From: a virus | IMG/VR virus record: IMGVR_UViG_3300031221_000001 | Span: 1-64,000 of that record | Direction: 5' to 3' (one strand) | Length of the DNA: 64,000 bases | Notes under the pieces: model-generated | Told to the model about the DNA's origin: nothing | Databases searched by the model: none | What the model saw: the letters and a program-made list of their open reading frames with translations, nothing else | Made by a program: the position numbers and the translations under genes | Part shown: positions 1 to 10,447 of the stretch, piece after piece | Layout of the letters: each line of letters opens with the position of its first letter | Numbering within the stretch: position 1 is the stretch's first letter

Positions 1-5
1 GTATA

Positions 6-809
6 ATGAGTAAAGAACAAAAGTTACTAGACAAAATTAAAAAGCTACTTGCATTAGGAAACGATCTAAGCACAACTCAGCAAGAAGCACAATCAGCACT
101 TAGAAAAGCAAATCAATTACTACTGCAACACAATCTGACTTTGACGGACGTTGAAGTGAGTAGTATTCAATCTGATATTGTAGAAACAGATAAATCTAAA
201 CTTGCGTTTGGATCCATCAGAGAAGAAGGTCAATGGGAAGCTAATTTACTCAACGTCCTTTGCTATTACAATCTATGTCACAGCATTAAGCATGTGACAA
301 TATACTCCAGTAAAGGATCGCTGTCAATTATAGGCAAAAAGCATAATGTGGAGATCGTAACTTATTTGTTTGACGTTGCACGACAAATGTTTAGATCATT
401 AAGTAAGCAAGAGTACAATAAACACAGAAAACAAGTACTTGAGCAATTTACACCTGAAGGATTGAGTGAGAGAGATTGTTTGAAACAAAAGCATTTAGGA
501 TATCGTATGCCTTGGATACGATCATATCTCAAAGGATGCGTGTTTGGACTAAGCGCTAAATTGAAGTTGGAGAAGAAATCGGTCGAGAAAGATATCAGTG
601 GAGATAAGTATGCAGTAATGTGCACCAACACTAGTGTAGCGATTGAAAACTTTAAAAAACAGCAGTATAGTAACTTGAAAAAGGGTAGAGTTGTAGGCAA
701 AATAAAAGATGATCACGGTGCATATACTAAGGGACTGATTGCTGGAAGAAATAGCAATCTATCTAAAGCAATATCGTCAAGAGAAACTACTGCAAAACAA
801 TTATCGTAA
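6..809 (+). CDS. DUF2786-domain protein
   Basis: N-terminal LLDKIKKLLALG...EAQSALRKANQLLLQHNL matches the DUF2786 pattern. Confidence 0.75.
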   Translation: MSKEQKLLDKIKKLLALGNDLSTTQQEAQSALRKANQLLLQHNLTLTDVEVSSIQSDIVETDKSKLAFGSIREEGQWEANLLNVLCYYNLCHSIKHVTIYSSKGSLSIIGKKHNVEIVTYLFDVARQMFRSLSKQEYNKHRKQVLEQFTPEGLSERDCLKQKHLGYRMPWIRSYLKGCVFGLSAKLKLEKKSVEKDISGDKYAVMCTNTSVAIENFKKQQYSNLKKGRVVGKIKDDHGAYTKGLIAGRNSNLSKAISSRETTAKQLS

Positions 810-1237
810 TGAAAAAACTGTTAAACAGACTGTATAAGTGGATGTACAAATTCTCATCAGTCAAATTAGGAATCACAGAAGAGTCTCTAACAAGCACAAC
901 AACCAAAGGTCTACACATCAATCAGTACGCAGTTAGAGTGCATCTAAATGCTCAAGATGCAGGAATCTTGCAATCGGAATCTCTTGGATTTGGACCTTTA
1001 GTAGAGTTAGCAAACCGATGTAGTCCTGCAGAAGCTGTGAGGGAGTGGAAAGATAACGTTCAACAAGTTCATTCAGTAGCATCGGTTGTTGACAGAATGA
1101 ATCGTGAATTTGTTGAAAAACTGACTAGTAGCCATAAAACGATTGCACAGCTAGCAGATTGGGAGATTGAGCAATCGATGATGGGAGAACCTACAGCAGT
1201 AATATATAAACTACTAACAGTCAAACCAAAGAAGTAG
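809..1237 (+). CDS. hypothetical protein
   Basis: 142-aa ORF, translationally coupled (TAATG). Confidence 0.6.
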   Translation: MKKLLNRLYKWMYKFSSVKLGITEESLTSTTTKGLHINQYAVRVHLNAQDAGILQSESLGFGPLVELANRCSPAEAVREWKDNVQQVHSVASVVDRMNREFVEKLTSSHKTIAQLADWEIEQSMMGEPTAVIYKLLTVKPKK

Positions 1238-1238
1238 T

Positions 1239-1697
1239 ATGGCAAAGAAACACGAGTACATAGAAAAGAACGGAAACTTAATTGATATGTTTAGTCAAGG
1301 AGAATTTGATGCAATTGCACACGGATGCAATTGCTTCAATAGAATGGGAGCAGGATTGGCTGCTCAAATTTCAATTAGGTATAGAGAGGCTATGGACGCT
1401 GATAACTTAACGACCTCAGGAGATTTACTTAAACTTGGATCATTGACATTAGCAGCAACAGATGATGGTGTGATATACAATCTTTACACGCAATATCAAG
1501 GAGGAAAGCACTTAGACTACGACGCATTGACGTTATCATTGAGAAAAATGTCAAAAATGATAAAAGGAAAGGACTGGACTATTGGGTTTCCGCAAATTGG
1601 AGCAGGTATTGCTGGAGGCAATTGGAATAAGATTAAAAGAATTATACTGAGAGAGTTTGCTGGCGAAAAAATTGTGTTCGTTTATTTCAAAAAATAA
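1239..1697 (+). CDS. macrodomain (Appr-1-p processing / ADP-ribose hydrolase-like) protein
   Basis: GNLIDM..FDAIAHGCNCFNRMGAGLA, NLYTQ and FPQIGAGIAGGNW motifs. Confidence 0.9.
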   Translation: MAKKHEYIEKNGNLIDMFSQGEFDAIAHGCNCFNRMGAGLAAQISIRYREAMDADNLTTSGDLLKLGSLTLAATDDGVIYNLYTQYQGGKHLDYDALTLSLRKMSKMIKGKDWTIGFPQIGAGIAGGNWNKIKRIILREFAGEKIVFVYFKK

Positions 1698-1710
1698 TAG
1701 GTCCAAAAGG

Positions 1711-1741
1711 TTGCTATAAAGATAACGGTTAGGTATCTTTA
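1711..1741 (+). promoter_or_regulatory. Bacteroidetes-type promoter (TTG-N20-TATCTTTA) with AAAGATA-N9-TATCTTT palindrome
   Basis: Matches Bacteroidetes -33 TTG / -7 TAnnTTTG elements; same layout recurs at several intergenic sites. Confidence 0.75.
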
Positions 1742-1766
1742 TGATATAATCTAAAACATCAATATC

Positions 1767-1958
1767 ATGTACAAGTCAGTATTATTACAATCAGTAGATC
1801 AAGCTAAAGAATTCAAAAAACAATTTTCTAAAGTAAATGATCACAAAACTTTCAGACAAGGAAAAGTGATCAACATCAAACTTGATAAAAATATATCAGA
1901 AAACTTTACAATCATATGTGATGTAAGAGATCAAATAATTCAAACGTTAACAAAATAA
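1767..1958 (+). CDS. small hypothetical protein
   Basis: ORF directly downstream of the promoter. Confidence 0.55.
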   Translation: MYKSVLLQSVDQAKEFKKQFSKVNDHKTFRQGKVINIKLDKNISENFTIICDVRDQIIQTLTK

Positions 1959-1969
1959 AGATAGGTATT

Positions 1970-4183
1970 ATGGAACTTAATCAAACCACATTTAAAGACT
2001 CGGTATTTGGAGCAGAATCGGAAATGAGCTTTTCGATTGACGACAACAATTCAATCATTTTTGACATTCTTAGAGACAAAATGTATTCGAATAAAATAGG
2101 ATCATTATGTAGAGAAGTTGCATCGAATTCAAGAGATGCGAATAGAGAAGCTGGAATGAACGATACTCCAATTGAGATCGAAATAATTAACCCAGATAAA
2201 CTTGCATTTATCAGCGATATGTGTGTAGTTTTTAGAGATTATGGTATAGGAATTACTCCTGATCGTATGATGAATGTGTTCGTTAAGTATGCGTCGTCAA
2301 CTAAGAGAAGTTCAAATGCTCAAACAGGAGGATTTGGCCTTGGAGCTAAGACACCATTTGCATACACTGACACTTTCAGCGTAGTTACTATATGTGACTA
2401 CGAGGGTTCTCGTAAAAAATACACATACACTGCAATGATCGATAGCAGTAGAAAGGGCAAAATGATACTGTTCGATTGTGAAGAAACTGATCAATCTACA
2501 GGAACGCAAATCATTGTTCCAATTCAAGAAAAAGATAGAGGTACATTTGAAAGAGAATGTCTATACAGTACATGTTTGTGGGAAGTACAGCCAAAGATGA
2601 TTAATTTCAATATCAATCAGTACGTGATTGATAAGATAATTGACCAGCCTACTTTCAGTATTGTTAAAGATGATGATGATGAATGCAGACTTGGTGATGA
2701 AGGATATTTCGTTAACATAGATGGGATTTGCTACAAAATTGACAGAGGAGCATTAAAGATTCGAGATCAAGGAATAAATGACGGATACAAGGTGATTGCA
2801 AAGTTTAATGTCGGTGAACTAACTATATCGGCCAATAGAGAAGCTTTGCAGTACGACGAACAGACTAGTGAAAAGATAAAGGCTACTTTCAATGATGCGA
2901 AACATCACTTGTTGGATCTATTGAGTGAGCAAATATCGTCGAGTCAGACTTATTTAGCTGCATGTGAAGCCTTGAGCTCGATAATTGGAAAGCGAGGAAA
3001 CAGTATAGAAGAAGGTAGAGACGATCTTAAAGTAATTTCATCAGCAATTGGAGATCGGCATTCATCAACAATTCTAGGAGAAATAGACAGCGAACAAGTT
3101 AAAAGCAGAATCAAGTGGAACGGAAGATCGTTAACGAATAGATTAGTGCTAAATGCACACTCAATAGCCTATGTTAGAGAGCCTTTAAATGAAAAAGTTA
3201 ATTATGATACATTAACAAACAACCACATAAATCGTTTACTAACAGACTCTCCAATATATTACTTGGACACTAGAAAGAACGTTCGAAGAAACATTACAAT
3301 CTGGAACAATAGACCGAAGAGTCAGAAAGGATTCATATTGATCATTCCTAACAGTAAAGCAACAAGAGATCAATTACTTGATGATGGAATTAAGTTGAGT
3401 GTGGATTATGATATTGATGTCAAAATGTATAGTGACGTTGAGAAAGCAGAAAATAACACAATTAGCGGATCTGCATACACTCCTTCAGAGACAGTAACAA
3501 TAAGAACTCGGACAGACGACTCAGCCTATCTTCACAGAAAGTATGAGTGGAGTACTAGTAGATCAATTGATCTACACAGAGAAAAGATGCAGTTTTGGGA
3601 CGTAAGCAATCAAAAGGCATTAGATGAGAAATTTGCATATTTAGTAGTAGATCAATTGAGCGATACTAGCAGACTAAATACTTCATTAATTAGAGACAAG
3701 ATCAAATTGATTAAATCAATAGATAAAAGAACTGTGGTATTGATCAACAAAACTACACAGAGCAGATACGCAGATAAAATAACCGATTTTGTAGAAGTGT
3801 CAGAAAGAGGAGATCAGTTGATTAAGAAATACAGAAAGCAATTGAATCAAGCGAAGCTTTTCGAGAAGCTAAATGCAATCGTATCTGCAATTCCTGAACT
3901 TATGAGAGAGGAGTTTGTAAAATTATATCCGAAAACTGTTCAAGACTTTGTTCAAAGATCAAGCGAAGGAGAACAACAGGAATTTCCTCTATTAGAGACG
4001 TTAGAGGTTAAATTCGACTTTAAAGGATTGAAAGATAAAATTCAAGCGTCGTTAGACAAGTATCCAATGCTTGAATCTTACGTAGATGCACATTTGAGAG
4101 GGTATCATTGGAGAACGACGCTCCATACGGAAAAGTTGAATCACTCAAAAGTGATAAAAAATTACATTGAGCTTGTAGGATAG
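1970..4183 (+). CDS. rIIA: rIIA-like protein (GHKL/HSP90-type ATPase N-domain)
   Basis: ILRDKMYSNKIGSLCREVASNSRDA, FRDYGIGI, STKRSSNAQTGGFGLGAKTPFAYTD, GELTISANREAL; adjacent to rIIB. Confidence 0.88.
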   Translation: MELNQTTFKDSVFGAESEMSFSIDDNNSIIFDILRDKMYSNKIGSLCREVASNSRDANREAGMNDTPIEIEIINPDKLAFISDMCVVFRDYGIGITPDRMMNVFVKYASSTKRSSNAQTGGFGLGAKTPFAYTDTFSVVTICDYEGSRKKYTYTAMIDSSRKGKMILFDCEETDQSTGTQIIVPIQEKDRGTFERECLYSTCLWEVQPKMINFNINQYVIDKIIDQPTFSIVKDDDDECRLGDEGYFVNIDGICYKIDRGALKIRDQGINDGYKVIAKFNVGELTISANREALQYDEQTSEKIKATFNDAKHHLLDLLSEQISSSQTYLAACEALSSIIGKRGNSIEEGRDDLKVISSAIGDRHSSTILGEIDSEQVKSRIKWNGRSLTNRLVLNAHSIAYVREPLNEKVNYDTLTNNHINRLLTDSPIYYLDTRKNVRRNITIWNNRPKSQKGFILIIPNSKATRDQLLDDGIKLSVDYDIDVKMYSDVEKAENNTISGSAYTPSETVTIRTRTDDSAYLHRKYEWSTSRSIDLHREKMQFWDVSNQKALDEKFAYLVVDQLSDTSRLNTSLIRDKIKLIKSIDKRTVVLINKTTQSRYADKITDFVEVSERGDQLIKKYRKQLNQAKLFEKLNAIVSAIPELMREEFVKLYPKTVQDFVQRSSEGEQQEFPLLETLEVKFDFKGLKDKIQASLDKYPMLESYVDAHLRGYHWRTTLHTEKLNHSKVIKNYIELVG

Positions 4184-4206
4184 AAGATAACATTTAAGTA
4201 TCTTTA
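4176..4206 (+). promoter_or_regulatory. promoter variant (TAG-N20-TATCTTTA; GAAGATA-N9-TATCTTT)
   Basis: Same spacing as the other copies; upstream of rIIB. Confidence 0.5.
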
Positions 4207-4236
4207 AAAAAACAAATTAATTTAAAACACTGTAAA

Positions 4237-5535
4237 ATGAAAATCAAAGGATTGATTAGTGAAAAAACCGTCGTATTGAAGTACGACGGTCAAGAGATCA
4301 ACATACAGAGATCTCAAGATGAAAAAATATTCCTCAAAATCTCTCAATTACTTATTGATGGAAAACAAGAGGAGTTGATTAGTGAATTCTTAGACATAAA
4401 AGCTAAGATCGAAAATTTCAGCGAAAATACTTTCACAGTTAAAGATCAAAAGATAGTATTGAAGGACGATTCAACAGCTATTCCACAAGCAATTGCTAAA
4501 AAATTACTTGAAATGGAAAAAGAGGGTGAAGACTTTCTTCCACTAATTAGGTTTTGGAAAAAACTGAGAAAAAATCCATCTAAAAATTCTAGAGAACAAT
4601 TGTATGGATTTATGCTTGCGAACGATATAGCACTAACTGTGCTAGGAGATATTGTAGTTGAGAAAGGAGTTCGGCAAAAGTATCAAGGACTTCCAGGAGA
4701 GCTAGTTGATTGCCACTCTAGGTCTGTAGACAATAGTGTAGGAATGATTGTTGAAATGCCTAGAGAAAAAGTCAATGACGATCCTGCACAAACGTGTAGT
4801 TATGGACTTCATGTAGGTGCTCCAAAATATGTGAGACAGTGGTATTCTTCCGACATCATTGTCGATTGCATAGTCAATCCAGTAGATATAGTTTCTGTTC
4901 CTAAAGACTACAATAATACAAAGATGAGAGTGTGTAGATATCAAGTGATGGGATATAGCGATAAATCAAGAAATCCCAAAAGGATTGTCAATCTAAATGA
5001 GTTTCTCAAAACTCCTACAGAAGAGGCTAAAAAAACTATAAATACTCAAATCAAAGCTGATAAAGGATCTTCTCACAAAGCAGACAATGACAAAGTCAAG
5101 TCGGTGAAGCAATCTGTTAATGTAGAACAAAATCCTTACATGAATGAAATTGAAGGAAAGACTGCAAAACAGATCATTGAATATGTATTGCAGAAGACAG
5201 GAGTTAATGTTGAGGGAAGTCTAAAGAACAAATCCTCAATAGTAAACAAAGCTGTTAGAATACTTGAACTGAAGGACACCGACTACAAAGATCAAGATGT
5301 GATTCAAGATCAAAAAGCTCTACCATCTAACTGTCATCCAGTCAAGCAAGTCGAAGATCAAGGAAAGTTTGTTGATTTGACCAAGTACAGTAAGGACAAG
5401 AAGCACAGAAAAGAATTGATCGAATTGATTAAATCTAAGTTCAACGAGCAAGTGAGTAAGTTTGCTCCAACTAAGAGTATAGTTAAGAAGGCAAGAGAAT
5501 TATACACTGAAGCAGGGTACGAAGTTAAAGGATAA
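4237..5535 (+). CDS. rIIB: rIIB-like protein
   Basis: FWKKLRKNPS..SREQLYGF, VEMPREKVNDDPAQTCSYGLHVG, VNPVDIVSVPKDYNNTKMRVCRY. Confidence 0.9.
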   Translation: MKIKGLISEKTVVLKYDGQEINIQRSQDEKIFLKISQLLIDGKQEELISEFLDIKAKIENFSENTFTVKDQKIVLKDDSTAIPQAIAKKLLEMEKEGEDFLPLIRFWKKLRKNPSKNSREQLYGFMLANDIALTVLGDIVVEKGVRQKYQGLPGELVDCHSRSVDNSVGMIVEMPREKVNDDPAQTCSYGLHVGAPKYVRQWYSSDIIVDCIVNPVDIVSVPKDYNNTKMRVCRYQVMGYSDKSRNPKRIVNLNEFLKTPTEEAKKTINTQIKADKGSSHKADNDKVKSVKQSVNVEQNPYMNEIEGKTAKQIIEYVLQKTGVNVEGSLKNKSSIVNKAVRILELKDTDYKDQDVIQDQKALPSNCHPVKQVEDQGKFVDLTKYSKDKKHRKELIELIKSKFNEQVSKFAPTKSIVKKARELYTEAGYEVKG

Positions 5536-5543
5536 TAACAACT

Positions 5544-5647
5544 AAGACCGATCTAAAGTCTGATTCCGTGACAAGGATTCTGACCTTGAAGAGAAGATGT
5601 GTTTACAGACGATACATCACATCACACCACATCGGTCTTTCTTTTTC
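5544..5647 (+). other. structured intergenic element (candidate ncRNA or terminator)
   Basis: AAGACCGAT/ATCGGTCTT closing stem, two internal hairpins, followed by a T-tract. Confidence 0.4.
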
Positions 5648-5654
5648 AAAATAC

Positions 5655-6326
5655 ATGAAAGTAACATTACTGTTGGTTAGCGCCAACACATTCGGAGCAG
5701 GCAAAGACACTGCATGTGACTTAATTGCTAAGTCAATCAAACAATCGACTCAATCAAAATCTACAAAAATATTTTGCTATAGATTTGCAGATAAGCTGAA
5801 AGAGTGGGCACAACAAATGACAGGAATCAAAAGAAAGATTCTACCATTTGAACACTACGATGATATAGTTGTAGACTTCACTCAAGAACAAAAAGAACAG
5901 TACTGCACAATGTGGCAAATGACGTTAGGTCAACTATTGCAGAAGTTTGCTACTGAAGCTTGTCGAGACAATTTCGATGAATTGATTTGGTGCAAATGTT
6001 TAGCTCAAGAAATTAACGATCAGATTAGCGACACCAAACAGTATAGTCCTGATTGTGATAGATTAGTGTTTTTAATTCCAGACTTCAGATTCAACAATGA
6101 AGAGCAATTAATAGATTACGTCACAAGCAGTTGTGTAGTCTATCAACAAACTATGAGAATCGAAAGACCATTAACTGAAATATATCATAACACTAGAGAT
6201 GTTAATCACCGATCAGAGACGGAATTGTCTAAAAAAACAAATTGGACACACGAAGTAGATAACAGCAAAGACATATCATTCTTAGAGGATCAGTGCAAGC
6301 AGATAGCTTTAAAAATCTGTAGATGA
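5655..6326 (+). CDS. deoxynucleoside monophosphate kinase
   Basis: GAGKDT P-loop, FADKLKE, LLQKFATEACR, IPDFRFNNE, HRSETEL; start moved from 5568 to the ATG at 5655. Confidence 0.85.
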   Translation: MKVTLLLVSANTFGAGKDTACDLIAKSIKQSTQSKSTKIFCYRFADKLKEWAQQMTGIKRKILPFEHYDDIVVDFTQEQKEQYCTMWQMTLGQLLQKFATEACRDNFDELIWCKCLAQEINDQISDTKQYSPDCDRLVFLIPDFRFNNEEQLIDYVTSSCVVYQQTMRIERPLTEIYHNTRDVNHRSETELSKKTNWTHEVDNSKDISFLEDQCKQIALKICR

Positions 6327-6811
6327 GAGAAATAATCGTATACACAGATGGGAGTGCGAATAATAAAAAGACTGCTAGAGATGGAGGTCTTGGAGTTGTA
6401 ATTCGATACAAAAATGCTAACGGAACTCTATACAAAAAAGACTATTGTGAAGGACAGTTTGTAAACACATCTAGTGCACGAATGGAGATATTGGCTGCAA
6501 TAAGAGCATTGGAGCTGATAAAGCCTACCAGAAAGTATAAAATCAAGATTCATAGCGACAATCAATACGTAGTCAAGACTGTAATGTGTGGATGGTTAGA
6601 AAATTGGCTAGTTACACAACAGAACAAAGCCAATATGGACTTGTGGCACAGATTCAATTCAATCTTCAAATCACATGGAGGATTGCAGAATGTAGAGCTA
6701 ATATGGATTAAAGGACATGCAGGGATTGAGTTAAATGAATTAGCAGATAAGCTAGCAAATCAAGGTAGAAAGAAACAGCAACTAATAACAGATCGTAAAA
6801 ATGAAATATAA
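6323..6811 (+). CDS. rnhA: ribonuclease HI
   Basis: YTDGSA, RMEILAAIRAL, HSDNQYV, WIKGHAGIELNELADKLA. Confidence 0.93.
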   Translation: MREIIVYTDGSANNKKTARDGGLGVVIRYKNANGTLYKKDYCEGQFVNTSSARMEILAAIRALELIKPTRKYKIKIHSDNQYVVKTVMCGWLENWLVTQQNKANMDLWHRFNSIFKSHGGLQNVELIWIKGHAGIELNELADKLANQGRKKQQLITDRKNEI

Positions 6812-8270
6812 GCCAAGCAAATATCAAAGCGATATTTACCGAGAGTTTCAAGACAACAACACAAACATATTAATCTCTGCTGTGGCTGGAAGTGGTAAGA
6901 CATCCACATTATTAGAGCTACTCAAATTGACACACGTACAGACCACTTTTGTTGCATTTAACAAATCAATACAGCAAGAGATAGAGGCTAAGGTAGGTCA
7001 ACAATCCAATGTGGATGTGATGACGATTCACTCATTAGGAATGAAAGCGTTGATGAGACACTTTAGAAGAAAGTTAGAGGTCAAGTCAAATAAGATATGG
7101 GATTTCACTAACAAGTTGAACAAACAGTGGGATATTCCTAAAAACAAATACGTACAGACAGTACTCACCATTCAAAATCTAGTTGACATATACAGGCTGA
7201 CAATGTGTGAAACCGATGATCGTCTCAGAGAAGTTGCAGATGGTTTAGGAATTGATTATACCAACGACGACATTAGATATTCAATGGAAGTTCTAGCTGA
7301 ATATAAAGTATACAATCAAAATCCAGAAGTGATTGATTTTACTGACATGATCTATATTCCAGCAACCAACAAACAAATAGGACTTACAGTAAGACCTAAA
7401 CTTGTATTCATTGATGAGTGTCAAGATCTCAATGCCTGTCAACACGCATTGATTGATAGAATGATAAAGAAAAACCACTCTAGATTTGTTGCTTGTGGAG
7501 ATCCTTACCAATCGATTTACGGATTTGCAGGAGCAGACAGTAACTCTTTTAATCAGTTTCTAGACAAGCCAAACGTAAAACAAATGCCATTGTCAATATG
7601 TTATAGATGTCCGACGAGAGTTGTGGATAAGGCTAATCAAGTACATAACATAATGGAGCCTTTTGAAGGCAATGAGCCTGGAGAAGTTCGTTTAGGAAAG
7701 CAAACAGAAATTCAAGAAGGAGACATGGTTCTTTGTAGAAATGTTAAGCCTTTAGTAAAAGTGTATTTTAATCTACTTGCGCAAGGGAAGAAGGCTTCGA
7801 TTAGAGGGAAGGATTTAGGAAAAGGATTGATTAAATTGGTTAAGCCATTTGAATATCAATCTGTAGGACATTTAATGGCATCTCTATCGTCCAAGCTGAA
7901 TCAAAAGCGACAAGAATTAATTAAAAGAGAGATAGAAAACCCTTCAAACCACCCCTCATACGTCAACTTGCAGGAAAAGATTGAAGTGATCACGTTTGTA
8001 GGTGAACAATTCGAAAGAGCAAGCCAAATTATTGATTTTTTTGAGAAATTATTTCAAGACAATCAAAAGAAAGGAGTAATGTTATCGACTGTTCATAAAT
8101 CAAAAGGGCTAGAAAGTTCCAATGTGTTCTTATTGGACAGACAACTGATTCCTTCAAAATTTGCAAAGACGCCAGATCAAATTAAGCAAGAGCTAAATCT
8201 GATGTATGTGGCAATTACAAGAAGTCAATCAAAACTAATTTTTATACACTCACAACAAAAAAACAAGTAG
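6801..8270 (+). CDS. UvrD/Rep-like SF1 helicase
   Basis: AVAGSGKT, FIDECQD, GDPYQSIYGFAGAD, YRCP, TVHKSKGLE, YVAITRS. Confidence 0.92.
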   Translation: MKYKPSKYQSDIYREFQDNNTNILISAVAGSGKTSTLLELLKLTHVQTTFVAFNKSIQQEIEAKVGQQSNVDVMTIHSLGMKALMRHFRRKLEVKSNKIWDFTNKLNKQWDIPKNKYVQTVLTIQNLVDIYRLTMCETDDRLREVADGLGIDYTNDDIRYSMEVLAEYKVYNQNPEVIDFTDMIYIPATNKQIGLTVRPKLVFIDECQDLNACQHALIDRMIKKNHSRFVACGDPYQSIYGFAGADSNSFNQFLDKPNVKQMPLSICYRCPTRVVDKANQVHNIMEPFEGNEPGEVRLGKQTEIQEGDMVLCRNVKPLVKVYFNLLAQGKKASIRGKDLGKGLIKLVKPFEYQSVGHLMASLSSKLNQKRQELIKREIENPSNHPSYVNLQEKIEVITFVGEQFERASQIIDFFEKLFQDNQKKGVMLSTVHKSKGLESSNVFLLDRQLIPSKFAKTPDQIKQELNLMYVAITRSQSKLIFIHSQQKNK

Positions 8271-8272
8271 TT

Positions 8273-10339
8273 ATGATTAAAAAGTTTAAGTTAAAGCAGC
8301 AATTTATTGACAGCTATCGAACTGCGACACCTCCATTTGGATTCAATGGACTTGGAGAACTGACTTATATGAGAACGTATTCTAGGCTAATTTGTCCAGA
8401 AACAGAGACGTACGACTATACAGTAGATGACCAAGGCAAAAATGTCTCAGACGAATCTGGAAAAGAGATGATCAACGAGCAATGGTTTCAGACAATTAGA
8501 AGAGTAGTTGAAGGAACGTATAACATGCAAAAAAGACACATCACAGAAAACGGACTGGGATGGAGTGAGAAAAAAGCACATAAATCTGCTCAAGAAATGT
8601 ACGATAGAATGTTCACAATGAAATTTCTTCCACCTGGAAGAGGACTGTGGGCAATGGGAACTAATCTTACAGAAGAAAGAGGCCTGTACGCTGCGTTGAA
8701 TAACTGTGCGTTCGTTTCGACAGAAAATATAGGAGCATCTACTGAAGATGCCGTTAAGCCATTCGAATTCTTAATGGACATGAGCATGTTGGGTGTTGGT
8801 GTTGGATTTGACGTTAAGGGAGAAGGTAAAATCAAAATAAACGATCCAGTAAGAGAAGGTATTTTTGTAATTCCGGATACTAGAGAGGGATGGGTAGAGT
8901 CTTTATCAATTATACTAAAAGCATTCTTTACCAAAACCACAGCTTTACCACAAATGGACGTGAGTCTGTTGCGTAAAAAAGGAGCTCCGATAAAAACTTT
9001 TGGAGGAACAGCTTCAGGACCAGGGCCACTACAAATTCTACACGAGCAAGTAATTTCCTTATTTGAAAATAGAGAAGGAGGTGCGATTACACAAACAGAC
9101 ATCGTCGATATTATGAACATGATTGGATGTTGTGTTGTAGCTGGAAATGTTCGAAGAACTGCAGAGATAGTCTTTGGAGATCCTACAAGCGACGAATATT
9201 TATCACTAAAAGATTATCGTTGGAACAGCGAGAAGATGGGATGGGAAGGTAAGAACGTAAGAAGATCTGAATTTGGCTGGACATCAAATAATAGCGTATT
9301 TGCTGAAGTAGGAATGGATTACACTAGAGTTGGAGATCAAACAGCTTTGAACGGAGAGCCTGGATACGCTTGGCTACACAATATGCAAAAATACGGACGA
9401 TTAGTTGATCCTCCTAACTGGAAAGACAGGAAAGCTAAAGGAGGAAATCCTTGTTTAGAACAAACGTTAGAGTCATTTGAACTTTGTTGTTTGGTTGAAA
9501 CATTTCCGACACAATGTGATTCGTTAGAAGATTATTTAAGAACACTGAAGTTTGCGTACCTCTATGCAAAAACAGTAACGTTAGGAAAGACTCATTGGAA
9601 CGAGACCAATAGAGTAATGCTTAGAAATAGAAGAATTGGAACTTCACAAAGTGGAATCGTTCAGTTCATAGAGGCTAATGGAGTTGAGGATTACAGACAG
9701 TGGTGTGATGCTGGATACAAAACCATTCAATCACATGACACTGAATACAGCGATTGGCTATGTATTCCAAAATCAATCAAAACTACATCAGTCAAGCCTA
9801 GCGGAACTGTGTCATTACTTCCAGGAGTAACGCCAGGAATGCACTATCCTGAAGCAAATCATTACATTAGAAGGATTAGAATAAGCGAAGACAGTGCTTT
9901 AGTTCAAAAATGTACAGATGCAGGATATCATGTAGAAAAAGATGTAGTTAGTCAAGGAACTATGGTAGTTTCTGTGCCAATTAGTGTAGAAGGAGTTAGA
10001 ACAGTCAATGAAGTTTCAATGTGGGAACAGTTATCGTTGGCAGCATTAATTCAAGAGTGGTGGGCAGACAATCAAGTATCGTCTACAGTAACGTTTAAGA
10101 AAGAAGAGGCTTCACAGATTAAGCATGCATTGAACTACTTTCAATATAAGCTGAAAGGAGTTAGTTTCTTACCAAAACTAGACATGGGAGATACTACGTA
10201 CGCACAGATGCCATACGAAGAGATCTCCAAAGAGACTTTCGATCAAGAAATCTCTAAAATAGGAACATTAAACTTTTCTGGAGTATCAGAAGATTCGACA
10301 CCAGAAAAATATTGCGATTCAGACAATTGTGAAATTTAA
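8273..10339 (+). CDS. nrdJ: class II (adenosylcobalamin-dependent, monomeric-type) ribonucleotide reductase
   Basis: YMRTYSR, FLPPGRGLW, NNCAF, GNVRRTAEI, NPCLEQ, TSVKPSGTVS, C-terminal CDSDNC. Confidence 0.93.
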   Translation: MIKKFKLKQQFIDSYRTATPPFGFNGLGELTYMRTYSRLICPETETYDYTVDDQGKNVSDESGKEMINEQWFQTIRRVVEGTYNMQKRHITENGLGWSEKKAHKSAQEMYDRMFTMKFLPPGRGLWAMGTNLTEERGLYAALNNCAFVSTENIGASTEDAVKPFEFLMDMSMLGVGVGFDVKGEGKIKINDPVREGIFVIPDTREGWVESLSIILKAFFTKTTALPQMDVSLLRKKGAPIKTFGGTASGPGPLQILHEQVISLFENREGGAITQTDIVDIMNMIGCCVVAGNVRRTAEIVFGDPTSDEYLSLKDYRWNSEKMGWEGKNVRRSEFGWTSNNSVFAEVGMDYTRVGDQTALNGEPGYAWLHNMQKYGRLVDPPNWKDRKAKGGNPCLEQTLESFELCCLVETFPTQCDSLEDYLRTLKFAYLYAKTVTLGKTHWNETNRVMLRNRRIGTSQSGIVQFIEANGVEDYRQWCDAGYKTIQSHDTEYSDWLCIPKSIKTTSVKPSGTVSLLPGVTPGMHYPEANHYIRRIRISEDSALVQKCTDAGYHVEKDVVSQGTMVVSVPISVEGVRTVNEVSMWEQLSLAALIQEWWADNQVSSTVTFKKEEASQIKHALNYFQYKLKGVSFLPKLDMGDTTYAQMPYEEISKETFDQEISKIGTLNFSGVSEDSTPEKYCDSDNCEI

Positions 10340-10363
10340 GTGTGATTAGTTTGTTTGTTTTTT

Positions 10364-10389
10364 AAAAGCCACTCGAAAGTGGCTTTTTT
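10364..10389 (+). terminator. intrinsic terminator
   Basis: AAAAGCCACT-CGAA-AGTGGCTTTT followed by TT. Confidence 0.85.
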
Positions 10390-10447
10390 ATTGGTGTCAA
10401 CCATACTGTTTTTCAGTATATTCATGGTCACATACATAAAAACAAAT

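Noticed and set aside
8273-10339. Intein or intron in nrdJ or the helicase
   Set aside because: Lengths are normal, frames are continuous, and no intein terminal motifs were seen.
10355-10447. N-terminal TM extension of the phosphoesterase, and similar upstream extensions at 5568, 17100, 20788, 25622 and 41492
   Set aside because: These extensions run through terminators, promoters or structured elements; downstream ATGs with A-rich leaders fit better.
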